From an uncultured Christensenella sp. (lineage in GTDB: Bacteria; Bacillota; Clostridia; Christensenellales; UBA1242), in assembly GCA_949294585.1 (NCBI GenBank), contig CASFHZ010000005.1:1-42210 (forward strand): a stretch of 42,210 bases of DNA. Direction: 5' to 3'. Numbering within the stretch: the stretch's first letter is position 1; the number at the start of each line of letters is the position of its first letter. The position numbers and the translations under genes are program-made. Shown here piece after piece: positions 29,270-39,310 of the stretch. The notes under the pieces are model-generated. The model saw only the letters and a list, made by a program, of their open reading frames with translations, was not told the DNA's origin and did not search any database.

Positions 29270-29629
29270 TTATAAATTTATAATAAATTCATCTTCCTCA
29301 TCTTTCTTGTTTTCGATTATATTAATTTTATGAAAGATAAAACACTTTAATTTTTCTGGTATATTCCCTAAATATGCACCTTTATATAATTGAGTTTCTT
29401 TAAATGTACCATATTTATTTAACATTTTAACAAAATTATTTAATTTGCTAACATCGTTTTTTTGGTAATAATTAATTAGTTTTAAACACGAATCACACAA
29501 TTTGGTGTTTTTACATTTTTGTTCAGCAATTTTTGCTTTGTTTATAAGATTTACTATTCTTGCAAACATAAAACCTTTTTGAGTTTTTAATTCCAAGTTT
29601 AAATACTCTTCAATTTTTTCCAATTCCAT
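29270..29629 (-). CDS. 119-aa hypothetical protein
   Basis: The likely start is MELEKIEEYL at 29629, with an AGGAG SD 7 nt upstream. The ORF-track start at 29677 has no SD. I recognise no family. Confidence 0.5.
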   Translation of the reverse strand: MELEKIEEYLNLELKTQKGFMFARIVNLINKAKIAEQKCKNTKLCDSCLKLINYYQKNDVSKLNNFVKMLNKYGTFKETQLYKGAYLGNIPEKLKCFIFHKINIIENKKDEEDEFIINL

Positions 29630-29701
29630 ATTTTTACTCCTAATTAATATATTACAATGTAAATATTTTAATATCAATATAGAAAAAATTATTTATTCAA
29701 A

Positions 29702-32281
29702 TTAAATGCCGAGTTTTACGACTAAATTATTATTTTCATTTTCAATTACAACACTTGAATTTGGGGCAACATCATTTGCCAAAATGAATTTTGCTAATAG
29801 TGTTTCAACATTATTTTGTATAAATCTTTTTAATGGTCTTGCTCCATAGTTTACATCAAAACCATTATCTACAATAAACTCTTTTGCCCCATCTGTTACA
29901 AACAAATTAATTTGTTTTCCTTTCAACCTGGATTTTAATCTCTCCAATTGCAAATCAACTATTTGTTTAATTTCATCTTTAACAAGAGGTTTGAAATAAA
30001 TTATCTCATCAAGTCTATTCAAAAATTCTGGTCTAAAACTTTGTTTAAGCATAGAGTTAACTTCATTTATTGCATCTTGGCTTATTGTTCCATCACTGTT
30101 TATACCTTGCATAATCACATCGGCTCCAAGATTTGATGTTAATATAATAATGGTATTTTTAAAATCAACTGTTTTGCCTTGTCCGTCAGTAACTCTGCCA
30201 TCGTCTAGTATTTGCAACAAAACGTTAAACACATCTGGGTGTGCCTTTTCTATTTCATCAAACAAAACAACACTGTATGGTTTTCTTCTAACAGCTTCGC
30301 TTAATTGTCCACCCTCTTCATAGCCTACATATCCTGGAGGTGCACCAATAAGTCTTGACACTGAGAATTTCTCCATATACTCACTCATATCAATTCTTAT
30401 TAAATTTTTTTCTGTATCAAACAAATTTACACAAAGCGTTTTACACAATTCTGTTTTACCAACACCTGTTGGTCCAAGGAACATAAACGAACCAATTGGT
30501 CTATTTGGGTCTTGAATGCCTGCTCTTGACCTAATAATTGCATCACTAACTTTTTTAACAGCATCATCTTGACCTATAACTCTTTTATGCAATTCACTTT
30601 CCATTCCAAGCAATTTATCTCTGTCGCTTTGAAGTAACTTTGTTAAAGGAATTCCTGTCCATCTGCTTACTATTTGAGAAATTTCTTCATCTGTCACCCT
30701 GCTTTTAAGCAAGTTATTAGAACTTTCACTTTGTTCCAATTGCTCCAATTCTTTTTTAAGATTTGGCAATTTGTTATATTTCAATTCTGCTGCTTTGTTT
30801 AAATCATATTCTTGTTGAGCTCTTTCAATATCTGCATTTGTCTTTTCAATTTCTGCCTTAACAGAATTGATTTTATCAATATTTTCTTTTTCTTTTTGCC
30901 ACTTTGCAGAAAGAGTATCAAACTTTTCTTTTAACTCTTGATGTTCTTTGTTTATTGTTTCCAAGTGTTCTTTGCTTAATTTATCTGTTTCTTTTTTCAA
31001 TGCTGCTTGTTCAATTTCAAGTTGAATAATTTTATGTCTAATATCGTCCATCTCTGTTGGCATACTGTCAATTTCACTCTTTACCATTGCACAAGCTTCA
31101 TCAACAAGGTCAATTGCTTTATCTGGCAAAAATCTATCTGTTATATACCTATTAGATAAAGTTGCAGCACTAATTAATGCACTATCACTAATTTTAACAC
31201 CGTGGAAAACTTCATATCTCTCTTTTAATCCTCTTAAAATTGAAATTGTATCCTCAACGGTTGGTTCCTCAACCAATACTGGTTGAAATCTTCTTTCAAG
31301 TGCAGGGTCTTTTTCAATATATTTGTGATATTCGTTTAGTGTTGTTGCACCAATACAATGCAATTCACCTCTTGCAAGCATAGGTTTAAGCAAATTGCCT
31401 GCGTCCATTGCTCCATCAGTTTTTCCTGCACCAACAATTGTATGCAATTCATCAATGAACATAATAATTTGCCCATCACTCTTTTTAATCTCGTTTAAAA
31501 CTGCTTTAAGTCTTTCTTCAAATTCACCTCTATATTTTGCACCTGCAACCAAAGCACCCAAATCTAGTGAAAATAGTTTTCTATCCTTTAAAGTGTTTGG
31601 AACATCACCTTTTGCAATTCTAATTGCCAAACCTTCAACAATTGCAGTTTTACCAACACCTGCTTCACCAATTAAAACAGGGTTGTTTTTTGTTTTTCTT
31701 GATAGAATTCTTATTGTGTTTCTAATTTCATTATCCCTGCCAATAACAGGGTCAATTTTTTGATTTTTGGCAAGAGCAACAAGTTCTGTGCCATATTTCT
31801 CTAAAACATTATATGTGTCTTCTGGATTATCATTAACCACTCTTGTATTCCCCCTTATTCTACTTAATTGTTTAATAAAATCGCTTTCGCTAATATTGTA
31901 ATTTTTGAAAAGATTTTTTAAGTTATTATTAGGCTTTTTTAGCATTGCCAAAAATATATGTTCAAGTGAAATGTACTCATCTTTCATATTTTTTGCAATA
32001 TTTTCTGCCAATTCCAACACATCAACCAAGTCGCTTGAAGCATAAATTTCACTTTGACCAGTTACTTTTGGAAGTTTATTTAATTGATTTAAAATGTCTT
32101 GCTTTAACATTTTGGTATCAATATTCATTTTTTCAAAAATCTCAAATATCAATGTCTTTTTATCTAGCATTTGATACAAAATATGTTCTTGTTGTAATTG
32201 CGAGCAGTTATCATTCTTTGCCATTTCTTGTGCAGAATTTACAACCGAAACGCTATTTTGTGTGTATTTATCAAAATTCAT
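29702..32281 (-). CDS. clpB: ATP-dependent chaperone ClpB
   Basis: Two AAA+ modules (GEAGVGKTA and GPTGVGKTE), a long coiled-coil middle domain between them, a Clp N-domain, and 859 aa. Confidence 0.95.
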   Translation of the reverse strand: MNFDKYTQNSVSVVNSAQEMAKNDNCSQLQQEHILYQMLDKKTLIFEIFEKMNIDTKMLKQDILNQLNKLPKVTGQSEIYASSDLVDVLELAENIAKNMKDEYISLEHIFLAMLKKPNNNLKNLFKNYNISESDFIKQLSRIRGNTRVVNDNPEDTYNVLEKYGTELVALAKNQKIDPVIGRDNEIRNTIRILSRKTKNNPVLIGEAGVGKTAIVEGLAIRIAKGDVPNTLKDRKLFSLDLGALVAGAKYRGEFEERLKAVLNEIKKSDGQIIMFIDELHTIVGAGKTDGAMDAGNLLKPMLARGELHCIGATTLNEYHKYIEKDPALERRFQPVLVEEPTVEDTISILRGLKERYEVFHGVKISDSALISAATLSNRYITDRFLPDKAIDLVDEACAMVKSEIDSMPTEMDDIRHKIIQLEIEQAALKKETDKLSKEHLETINKEHQELKEKFDTLSAKWQKEKENIDKINSVKAEIEKTNADIERAQQEYDLNKAAELKYNKLPNLKKELEQLEQSESSNNLLKSRVTDEEISQIVSRWTGIPLTKLLQSDRDKLLGMESELHKRVIGQDDAVKKVSDAIIRSRAGIQDPNRPIGSFMFLGPTGVGKTELCKTLCVNLFDTEKNLIRIDMSEYMEKFSVSRLIGAPPGYVGYEEGGQLSEAVRRKPYSVVLFDEIEKAHPDVFNVLLQILDDGRVTDGQGKTVDFKNTIIILTSNLGADVIMQGINSDGTISQDAINEVNSMLKQSFRPEFLNRLDEIIYFKPLVKDEIKQIVDLQLERLKSRLKGKQINLFVTDGAKEFIVDNGFDVNYGARPLKRFIQNNVETLLAKFILANDVAPNSSVVIENENNNLVVKLGI

Positions 32282-32395
32282 AATGCCCCCTTTTAACTTT
32301 TTAATTAAATATGCACATAAATTTTATTCACAAAAACCACAGCAAATACACTGCTGTAAAATAAAATTATGCACCATCAATTAAAAATCGCTGAT

Positions 32396-32438
32396 ATTAT
32401 AATACAAAAAATTAGCACTGTCAAGGCGAGAGTGCTAA
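32396..32438 (-). promoter_or_regulatory. CIRCE (HrcA operator) overlapping a consensus sigma-A promoter of clpB
   Basis: TTAGCACTG-N9-GAGTGCTAA lies at 32412-32438 (consensus TTAGCACTC-N9-GAGTGCTAA). On the minus strand, TTGACA (32424..32419), a 17-nt spacer and TATAAT (32401..32396) follow. The element is about 115 nt upstream of the clpB ATG. Confidence 0.85.
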
Positions 32439-32586
32439 TTTTTGCAAATATTTGAAAAAATTTTTAAAACGGAAAACATTGATGTTGATATATTAATTGC
32501 AATAATGAATAAATAAAATGCTAACTGCAAAGAAGATAAAAGTTGTTAAATAATTTTAATAAAAATTAAAAATATGTAAAAAAAGT

Positions 32587-33315
32587 TTAATTTTTTCCTT
32601 CCAAAACATCATTATTTTCATTGTTTTCTTTTTTTAACTTTACTTTCAAGATTATTGCACAAACAATTAATGCTAAAAGAATTAAAGACCAACCAAGCAA
32701 AGTGAATGGAAAACCAGAACTATTTAAAGAATTTACAAATCTCAATGAAATAATCATACAAATTAAACCAATAAATCTGCACACCAAATTCACTATTAAA
32801 TAAAATCCAAAATTTAATTTAACGCTTCCAACAACAATGCACAACAAATCATCTGGAAAAACTGGCAATAACACAGTTAAAGCATAGTACCATTTACCTT
32901 TTTTGTTAAATATATTCACCCATTTTTGATATTCTTCTTCACTTCCTGCACACCATTTAACTGCCTTACTACCATATTTTCTGCCAATAAAATAAGAAAT
33001 TACAACACCAGTCATATATGCAAGCATTGTTATGATAATAAAAATCCAACCACTTAAACTTGTCAAATTCAAATTTATGCTTGGAATAACAATTGCAGCA
33101 TTAATAACAACATAAACAGGAAGAGGAATAACACTAACCTGAATTACCATCACAAGATAAATAATTAAATACACCCACCAACCATCAATGCTGGCAATAA
33201 AATTGCTAATTCCATTTGTGATTGCATCAAAATAGAAAAGCACTTCAAAAAAAACCATAAATGCCACTGCAAAAATGGAAACTTTTATAATATTGTAAAC
33301 TTGTTGTTTGTTCAT
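32587..33315 (-). CDS. TVP38/TMEM64 (DedA-related, VTT domain) family membrane protein
   Basis: It has 5-6 TM segments. The motifs RKYGSKAVKW and LLPVFPDDLLCIVVGSVKLNF resemble that family. Confidence 0.65.
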   Translation of the reverse strand: MNKQQVYNIIKVSIFAVAFMVFFEVLFYFDAITNGISNFIASIDGWWVYLIIYLVMVIQVSVIPLPVYVVINAAIVIPSINLNLTSLSGWIFIIITMLAYMTGVVISYFIGRKYGSKAVKWCAGSEEEYQKWVNIFNKKGKWYYALTVLLPVFPDDLLCIVVGSVKLNFGFYLIVNLVCRFIGLICMIISLRFVNSLNSSGFPFTLLGWSLILLALIVCAIILKVKLKKENNENNDVLEGKN

Positions 33316-33487
33316 ATATTTAGTATATCACAAAATACAATTTTTTGATAATAATTATTTTAGTTTTTTCTTTTTTCTTATTATTGATATATACATAATA
33401 AATAATTGTATTACTGATAAAAATTGTTGAAAAATGATAGGCATTATGATATTATAACTAAGTTATGTTTGTTTTTAAGGGGGTGTT

Positions 33488-35506
33488 ATGGAAATAAGTC
33501 AACAAGAATTAGACTGGCTTAATTTGGTATTAAAAAAAATACAAGAAAAAATTAACAATGCAGAAGATTCCAACAAAAAATTGTTAGAAAGCATAAAAGA
33601 CAATATGTCATATATGTGGAACAGCATCTACGAAATGGACAATGCAGAAAAATCTTTTGTTAGAAATCAAATGGAAATGTTGGACTCCACTCAGCAAGAA
33701 AACATAAAAGAACTTATTGCCTACAAAACTGCATTAAAATCCCCATATTTTGGAGCAATAGATTTTGACAGCGACCAACAAGGGTTTTTATCTTACAAAA
33801 TTGGCTTAAAGGGAATAAAAGATGGTTCAACAATTTATGTTGTTGATTGGAGAGCACCTTTCAGCGAATTATACTATAACTTTGATGTTGGATATGGCGA
33901 ATATCAAACACAAATAGGAAAAGTAACAGGACAAATAAAAAGCAAAAAACAATACAAAATTGAAGATGGAAAAATGATTTTCTGTTTGGAAAGCAACATA
34001 AAAATTGATGATTCAATTTTGCAAGAAGTTTTGGCAAAAACAAGCAGTGAAAAAATGAAAAACATTGTTTCAACAATTCAAAAAGAGCAAAATGCCATAA
34101 TAAGAAATGAAACTTCAAACAATTTAATTGTTCAAGGAGTTGCAGGAAGTGGAAAAACATCAATTGCCCTTCACCGAATTGCATACCTGTTATACAAGCA
34201 CAGAAACATATTAACATCAAACTCAATATTAATCATATCACCAAATAAGTTTTTTTCGGACTATATTTCAAATGTATTGCCAGAACTTGGCGAGCAAAAT
34301 ATTGCAGAAACAGTAATGGACCAAATTTTAAAAGAAGAACTTGATATTAAAGAAAAAATAGAAACAAAGTCCGAACAAGTTGAAAGATTGTTGACTTCAC
34401 CATTAGAAATTTCACGATGTGAATTAAAAAACAGTATGCAATTTTGTGATGACATATCAAAATTTTGCAGAGAATACTTTGATGAAACATTTAATGCAAC
34501 TGATGTTGTGTATCAAGACTTTTTGATATGTAGCAAAGAAAGAGTAGAAGATATGTACAAAAACAAATATGCTGGCCGTGCTGTTTATGATAAACTTGGT
34601 TGGATAAAAGATTATCTTTTTGATGAAGCAAAACAATTTGATATAAAACTATCAAAATCAACATTAAATAAAATTGTTGAATCAATGTTGAAATCAAAAG
34701 ATATTTTTAATATTTATAATGAATTTTTGCAAAGGTATTATAAAATTACATTTGAAAAATCAAATAAAATAAAATTTGAAGATGCAATTGCCCTCCTCTA
34801 CATTAAACAATACATTTATGGCTACACAACATTTAGCAATATAAAACACCTTTTAATTGATGAATTTCAAGATTATAATCCATTAAATTACAAAATAATA
34901 AACAATATGTTCCCTTGCGTAAAAACAATTCTTGGAGATGTAAGTCAAGATGTTTCTGGCTCACAAAGTCACATACTAAAACAATTTAATAAATTGGACT
35001 CAAGAACAAGCGAATTAATTGTTTTAAACAAAAGTTACCGTTCAACATATGAAATTGCATCTTTTTCAAATAAAATAATAAATAGAAAAAATGTTGACAT
35101 TGTTGAAAGACACGGTCCAAGAGTTCAAATTGCAAAATACAATAATTTGCAACAAAAAATTAATTATATTTTAAGAAGTGTTGAAGAATTTGAAAAAAAC
35201 AACCACAAAACAATAGGAATTTTAACAAAATCAATAAAATCTTGCGAAGAATTGAATGAAATTTTAAAAGACAAACTAAAATATAACCTCTTAACAATAG
35301 AAACAACGCAGTTTAGTCAAGGTATATTGCTTGCACCAACATTTTTGGTTAAAGGACTTGAATTTGATGCAGTTATTGTTGTTGACACAGATAGTGAAAA
35401 CTTTAAGAATGCAATAGACAAACAAGCACTTTATGTTGCCTGCACAAGAGCAATGCACGAATTAAAATTACTCTACACAAATAATGTAACAAATTTTGTT
35501 TTGTAA
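33488..35506 (+). CDS. helD: UvrD-like ATPase, HelD-type RNA polymerase recycling factor
   Basis: N-terminal coiled coil, SPYFGAIDF...IYVVDWRAPFSELYY, Walker A VQGVAGSGKTSIALHRIAYLLY, and C-terminal GLEFDAVIVV...LYVACTRAMHEL. Confidence 0.75.
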   Translation: MEISQQELDWLNLVLKKIQEKINNAEDSNKKLLESIKDNMSYMWNSIYEMDNAEKSFVRNQMEMLDSTQQENIKELIAYKTALKSPYFGAIDFDSDQQGFLSYKIGLKGIKDGSTIYVVDWRAPFSELYYNFDVGYGEYQTQIGKVTGQIKSKKQYKIEDGKMIFCLESNIKIDDSILQEVLAKTSSEKMKNIVSTIQKEQNAIIRNETSNNLIVQGVAGSGKTSIALHRIAYLLYKHRNILTSNSILIISPNKFFSDYISNVLPELGEQNIAETVMDQILKEELDIKEKIETKSEQVERLLTSPLEISRCELKNSMQFCDDISKFCREYFDETFNATDVVYQDFLICSKERVEDMYKNKYAGRAVYDKLGWIKDYLFDEAKQFDIKLSKSTLNKIVESMLKSKDIFNIYNEFLQRYYKITFEKSNKIKFEDAIALLYIKQYIYGYTTFSNIKHLLIDEFQDYNPLNYKIINNMFPCVKTILGDVSQDVSGSQSHILKQFNKLDSRTSELIVLNKSYRSTYEIASFSNKIINRKNVDIVERHGPRVQIAKYNNLQQKINYILRSVEEFEKNNHKTIGILTKSIKSCEELNEILKDKLKYNLLTIETTQFSQGILLAPTFLVKGLEFDAVIVVDTDSENFKNAIDKQALYVACTRAMHELKLLYTNNVTNFVL

Positions 35507-35511
35507 ATATT

Positions 35512-35577
35512 AAAAAAATTATCAAAATTAAAACAACAAAATCAAATTGTTGTAAATATAATTTTGATAATTTTTTT
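35512..35577. terminator. Nested hairpin between convergent helD and the M19 peptidase gene
   Basis: The outer 15-bp stem is aaaaattatcaaaat (35514-35528) pairing with attttgataattttt (35561-35575). The inner stem is acaacaa/ttgttgt. It is very AT-rich, so its stability is modest. Confidence 0.45.
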
Positions 35578-35592
35578 ATTTTTCTATATTTT

Positions 35593-36420
35593 TTATGTTT
35601 TTTCTATATTTTTTATGAAATTTTCAAAATTTTTGTAAAAAATACAATCAATTTCATAATTTTTATATCCAATTTTTAATAAATTGTTTTTAAGAATATT
35701 AAATTGTGAATACCTTTTTAAATTATATGGCAAATCGTTTGTTCCATAAAAATCAGTACCAATTGCCAAGTTTTTTATTTCAAATTTTTCAACAAAGTAG
35801 TTTATATTTTTAACAATGTCAAAAATAGAAACATTTTTATCACTTATGTATTTGCCAACAAAATATAAACCAACAAGCCCATTAGAATTAACAATATCAT
35901 AAACTTGACTATCATCTAAATTCCTACAATCAAAAACTATTTTGTTAAAACCCGTGTGAGAACAAAACAAAGGTTTTGTTGACAAATTTGATAAATCATT
36001 AAATGATTTTCTGTTAAGATGTGCACAATCTATTAAAATATTGTTTTTTTCAAAAATTTTTACAATTTCTTTGCCCTTTTTTGTTAGTCCACCATTATTA
36101 TATGCCCCACCAGCAAAACAATTTGTATTATTCCAAGTAAGTCCACAATAAAAGGGTTTTAATTTTATAAATTCATCATAATCACAATAATTTAAAAAAC
36201 CAACATCTTCAATGCACAATTTTATATTAACTGATGTTTTAATTAAATCAATTTGTTTTTTCTTATTCACTAAAAAATTGAGTGGACTTTTTAATTCCGA
36301 AGTCCAAACAGGAGAACACAAATATGATAAATATTGTTCATTTTTTCGTAAATAACTGCAAATATTATTAAATTTTATTATTTTTGTTAGATAATCGTTG
36401 TGAAGTTCTGCAATTTTCAT
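35593..36420 (-). CDS. Membrane-dipeptidase-like (peptidase M19 family) protein
   Basis: ELHNDY, DCAHLN, FCSHTGF and IGTDFYG correspond to the metal-ligand motifs of M19 as I recall them. The likely start, MKIAELHND at 36420, is one nt after the upstream stop. Confidence 0.6.
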   Translation of the reverse strand: MKIAELHNDYLTKIIKFNNICSYLRKNEQYLSYLCSPVWTSELKSPLNFLVNKKKQIDLIKTSVNIKLCIEDVGFLNYCDYDEFIKLKPFYCGLTWNNTNCFAGGAYNNGGLTKKGKEIVKIFEKNNILIDCAHLNRKSFNDLSNLSTKPLFCSHTGFNKIVFDCRNLDDSQVYDIVNSNGLVGLYFVGKYISDKNVSIFDIVKNINYFVEKFEIKNLAIGTDFYGTNDLPYNLKRYSQFNILKNNLLKIGYKNYEIDCIFYKNFENFIKNIEKT

Positions 36421-36421
36421 A

Positions 36422-37252
36422 TTAAAACCCCATAAACCCCACAATTTTTTCTATCATCTTCATTTGATTAGTATAAACTTCAAAAAGTTTATCACAACCA
36501 ATAGGGTGATTGTATTTATCACTTCCAAGTTCAATTGTGAAACTTGGAATTTTCATTTTATAAGACAAATAATCACTAAGTCCACCTGTGCTATTTTTTG
36601 ACTGAATATATTTGTATTTTAAAGATTTTGCAATTATTTTCGCCAGTTTTTTAGAACTTTTAAATTCTTTTTTGTTCAATTTTTCAAAACCATAATAAAC
36701 CACTTCACCTTTTGAGTGATAGGAAATAGCCAAAGAAATATTTTTGTTTTTTATAAAGTTTATTAGATTAATGTTTTCCACTTCACTTAAAGCACTTTCT
36801 CCGCAATAAGATGATGGCAAAGGAACATAATTAACAAATTTACCTTCTCCCCACAACGCATCAAAATTTACATTCAGGTCAACCCCTCTTATGTTTGCTT
36901 TCCATAAACTAAAATCAGTTGAATATTTGTTCAATCTTAGTAGATATTCCTTTAAATTTTCATCACTAACAGAATTTAAACCATTTAAACACAATGTAAC
37001 TCCATCAGGATTAACAAGTGGAATAAAATAGCAACCTATATTTAATTTATAGTCTTTTAACAGTTGAACAACAACTTCTGTTGAAATAAACTCCCTTGCG
37101 TGCATTCCACCAGTTATTAAAATTTGTTTCCCACTATAACTGCCTTTGTGAAATGCATACAAGTTTTTACCCAAAAAACTTTTTCCATATATGAACATTT
37201 GAACATTTGTCAATTTATCAATATTTGCAATTAAATTATAAAAATTATTCAT
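36422..37252 (-). CDS. M14-family zinc carboxypeptidase (gamma-D-glutamyl-meso-DAP peptidase-like)
   Basis: GGMHAREFIST is the HxxE zinc motif, followed by NPDG and SYHS. The ATG is at 37252; the ORF track uses a GTG at 37261. Confidence 0.75.
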   Translation of the reverse strand: MNNFYNLIANIDKLTNVQMFIYGKSFLGKNLYAFHKGSYSGKQILITGGMHAREFISTEVVVQLLKDYKLNIGCYFIPLVNPDGVTLCLNGLNSVSDENLKEYLLRLNKYSTDFSLWKANIRGVDLNVNFDALWGEGKFVNYVPLPSSYCGESALSEVENINLINFIKNKNISLAISYHSKGEVVYYGFEKLNKKEFKSSKKLAKIIAKSLKYKYIQSKNSTGGLSDYLSYKMKIPSFTIELGSDKYNHPIGCDKLFEVYTNQMKMIEKIVGFMGF

Positions 37253-37266
37253 AAAATACACTTTTT

Positions 37267-39126
37267 TTAAGTTTTTAATTGATTTTCAATAGTTTTTTTA
37301 ATAATTTTTGCAATCTTGGTTGCTTTGTCAATATTTTTACTTTCTACTGTTATTCTAATTTTGGGTTCTGTTCCACTGTTTCTAACAATAATTCTACCTT
37401 GGCTACCCATATGCTTTTCTTGCTCTTTTATTTCATTTGTTACAATCGTATCCTTTAATATTGTTTTATTGTCAGTTTCAACTTGCAAAGCAACAGTTGA
37501 ATATATATTCAATTTTTCTGCTTTGTAAAAAAGTTCTGGTTTTTCTATAAAAATATTCAACAAGTATAGTGCAGTTAAAACGCCATCTCCTGTTGTTGTG
37601 TGTTCTGCAATTATAACGTGTCCCGACTGTTCTGCACCAATTTTGTATTTTTTAGACTTCATTATTTTTGCTATATTTTTATCACCAACAGCAGTTCTTA
37701 TTAATCTTGTGCCACAAAGTTTTAAATACTTTTCCAGTGCCATATTTGTCATTATTGTTCCAACAGCAAATTTTTCTTTTCTGTATTTGGATAAAATATA
37801 AAGTATTCTGTCACCATCAATAACAATGTGATTTTTTGTTATGCACATAACCCTATCAGCATCGCCATCAAAACAAAAACCAATGTCAGCTTTGCTCTTT
37901 TTCATATTTTCAACAAACAAATCTTCATTTAAAACACTGGCATCTTTGTTTATAACTCCACCAGTATTTATTGCACAAACCTTTGCTCCTTTTTGTTCAA
38001 AAACTTTTTTTGCATAGTGCGAAACAGCTCCGTTTGAACAATCAAGAAATATTGTTAAATTGCTTAAATCTTTAATGCAAACATCTTTTAAATGATCCAA
38101 ATATGCATCAATTTCAACTTTTTTAATTTCAGCATTTTTTATCTTTTTTGGCAAAATTAAGTTATTTTCTATCAAAAGTTCTTGATTTTCATTTAATTTA
38201 TAGCCTTTTTTGTCAAATATTTTAATTCCATTATATTCACTTGGGTTGTGTGATGCAGTTATTGAAACACCAAAATCATAATCAAAGAATTTTGTTAGAT
38301 ATGCAACACCAGCTGTTGAGATTATTCCAGCATTATAAACTTCACCACCACCACTTACAATTCCTTTTGCCAAATTCTCTAAAATTTGTTCTCCACTTTC
38401 ACGCGTATCCCTTCCAATTAGGATTTTGCATTTTGGATACAATTTTGTTATTGCATAGCCAACTTTTATACACAAATCGTTTGTTACTTTTTCTCCGTAT
38501 ATTCCCCTTATTCCATCTGTTCCAAAATATTTTAATTTGCTTGTAAAATTTTGCATATAAAGGTTTAATGCACCGTGTTTTATTTCGTTTTTTACTCTGC
38601 CAATACAAAATTCGCCCTTTAACACATTATCTGTTACGGTTGTGCCTGCTGCAATAAAACTTTCATCTTCAATTATAACAGGAGCAATAATGTTGCTATT
38701 GCTTCCAATAAAAACCTTGTTGCCAACATATGAAATGTTTTTGTTTTTTCCGTCATAGTTGCAAAAAATCACACCACAACCAACATTAACATCTTCACCT
38801 ATTTCACAATCTCCAACATATGACAAATGGGGAATTTTTGTTCTTGCTCCAACTTTTGCATTTTTTAATTCCACAAAATTACCAATATGAACATTATTTT
38901 GCAAAACAGTGTTTGGTCTAAGGTGTGCATAAGGTCCAATTGTAACATTGTTTTTTATCTCGCTGTTTTCTATGTAACTGTTTAAAATTTCGACATTGTC
39001 ACCGATAACCGAATTTTCTATGGTACTATTTACAATTTTGCAATTTTTTCCAATTTTAACACTTCCTGATAATCTGCAATTTTTGCTAACATAGGAAGTT
39101 GTGTTAACATCAATTATATCGTTCAT
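37267..39126 (-). CDS. glmM: Fusion: GlmU-type left-handed beta-helix acetyltransferase domain (without uridyltransferase domain) plus phosphoglucosamine mutase GlmM
   Basis: The N-terminal ~197 aa read IGNFVELKNAKVGARTKIPHLSYVGDCEIGEDVNVGCGVIFCNYDGKNKN...FIGSNSNIIAPV, which equals the GlmU C-terminal domain. GlmM follows: KYFGTDGIRG, TASHNPSEYNGIKIF, FDGDADR and GAEQSGH. The likely start, MNDII at 39126, follows a GGGAGAG SD. Confidence 0.85.
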   Translation of the reverse strand: MNDIIDVNTTSYVSKNCRLSGSVKIGKNCKIVNSTIENSVIGDNVEILNSYIENSEIKNNVTIGPYAHLRPNTVLQNNVHIGNFVELKNAKVGARTKIPHLSYVGDCEIGEDVNVGCGVIFCNYDGKNKNISYVGNKVFIGSNSNIIAPVIIEDESFIAAGTTVTDNVLKGEFCIGRVKNEIKHGALNLYMQNFTSKLKYFGTDGIRGIYGEKVTNDLCIKVGYAITKLYPKCKILIGRDTRESGEQILENLAKGIVSGGGEVYNAGIISTAGVAYLTKFFDYDFGVSITASHNPSEYNGIKIFDKKGYKLNENQELLIENNLILPKKIKNAEIKKVEIDAYLDHLKDVCIKDLSNLTIFLDCSNGAVSHYAKKVFEQKGAKVCAINTGGVINKDASVLNEDLFVENMKKSKADIGFCFDGDADRVMCITKNHIVIDGDRILYILSKYRKEKFAVGTIMTNMALEKYLKLCGTRLIRTAVGDKNIAKIMKSKKYKIGAEQSGHVIIAEHTTTGDGVLTALYLLNIFIEKPELFYKAEKLNIYSTVALQVETDNKTILKDTIVTNEIKEQEKHMGSQGRIIVRNSGTEPKIRITVESKNIDKATKIAKIIKKTIENQLKT

Positions 39127-39310
39127 AAACTCTCCCACAATTAAGATATATGAAGAATAAGGTTTCAAAGGTTACCTAATACTACATTTTTATGACAAAT
39201 TATCACAATAATAATTACAAAAACTAAAAATAATCTATAAAACATCTGCATATAAACTGCTTTTTTTCACAAATTAAATTGCAAGCAAAAAGCTTGAATA
39301 AGGAGTTTAT

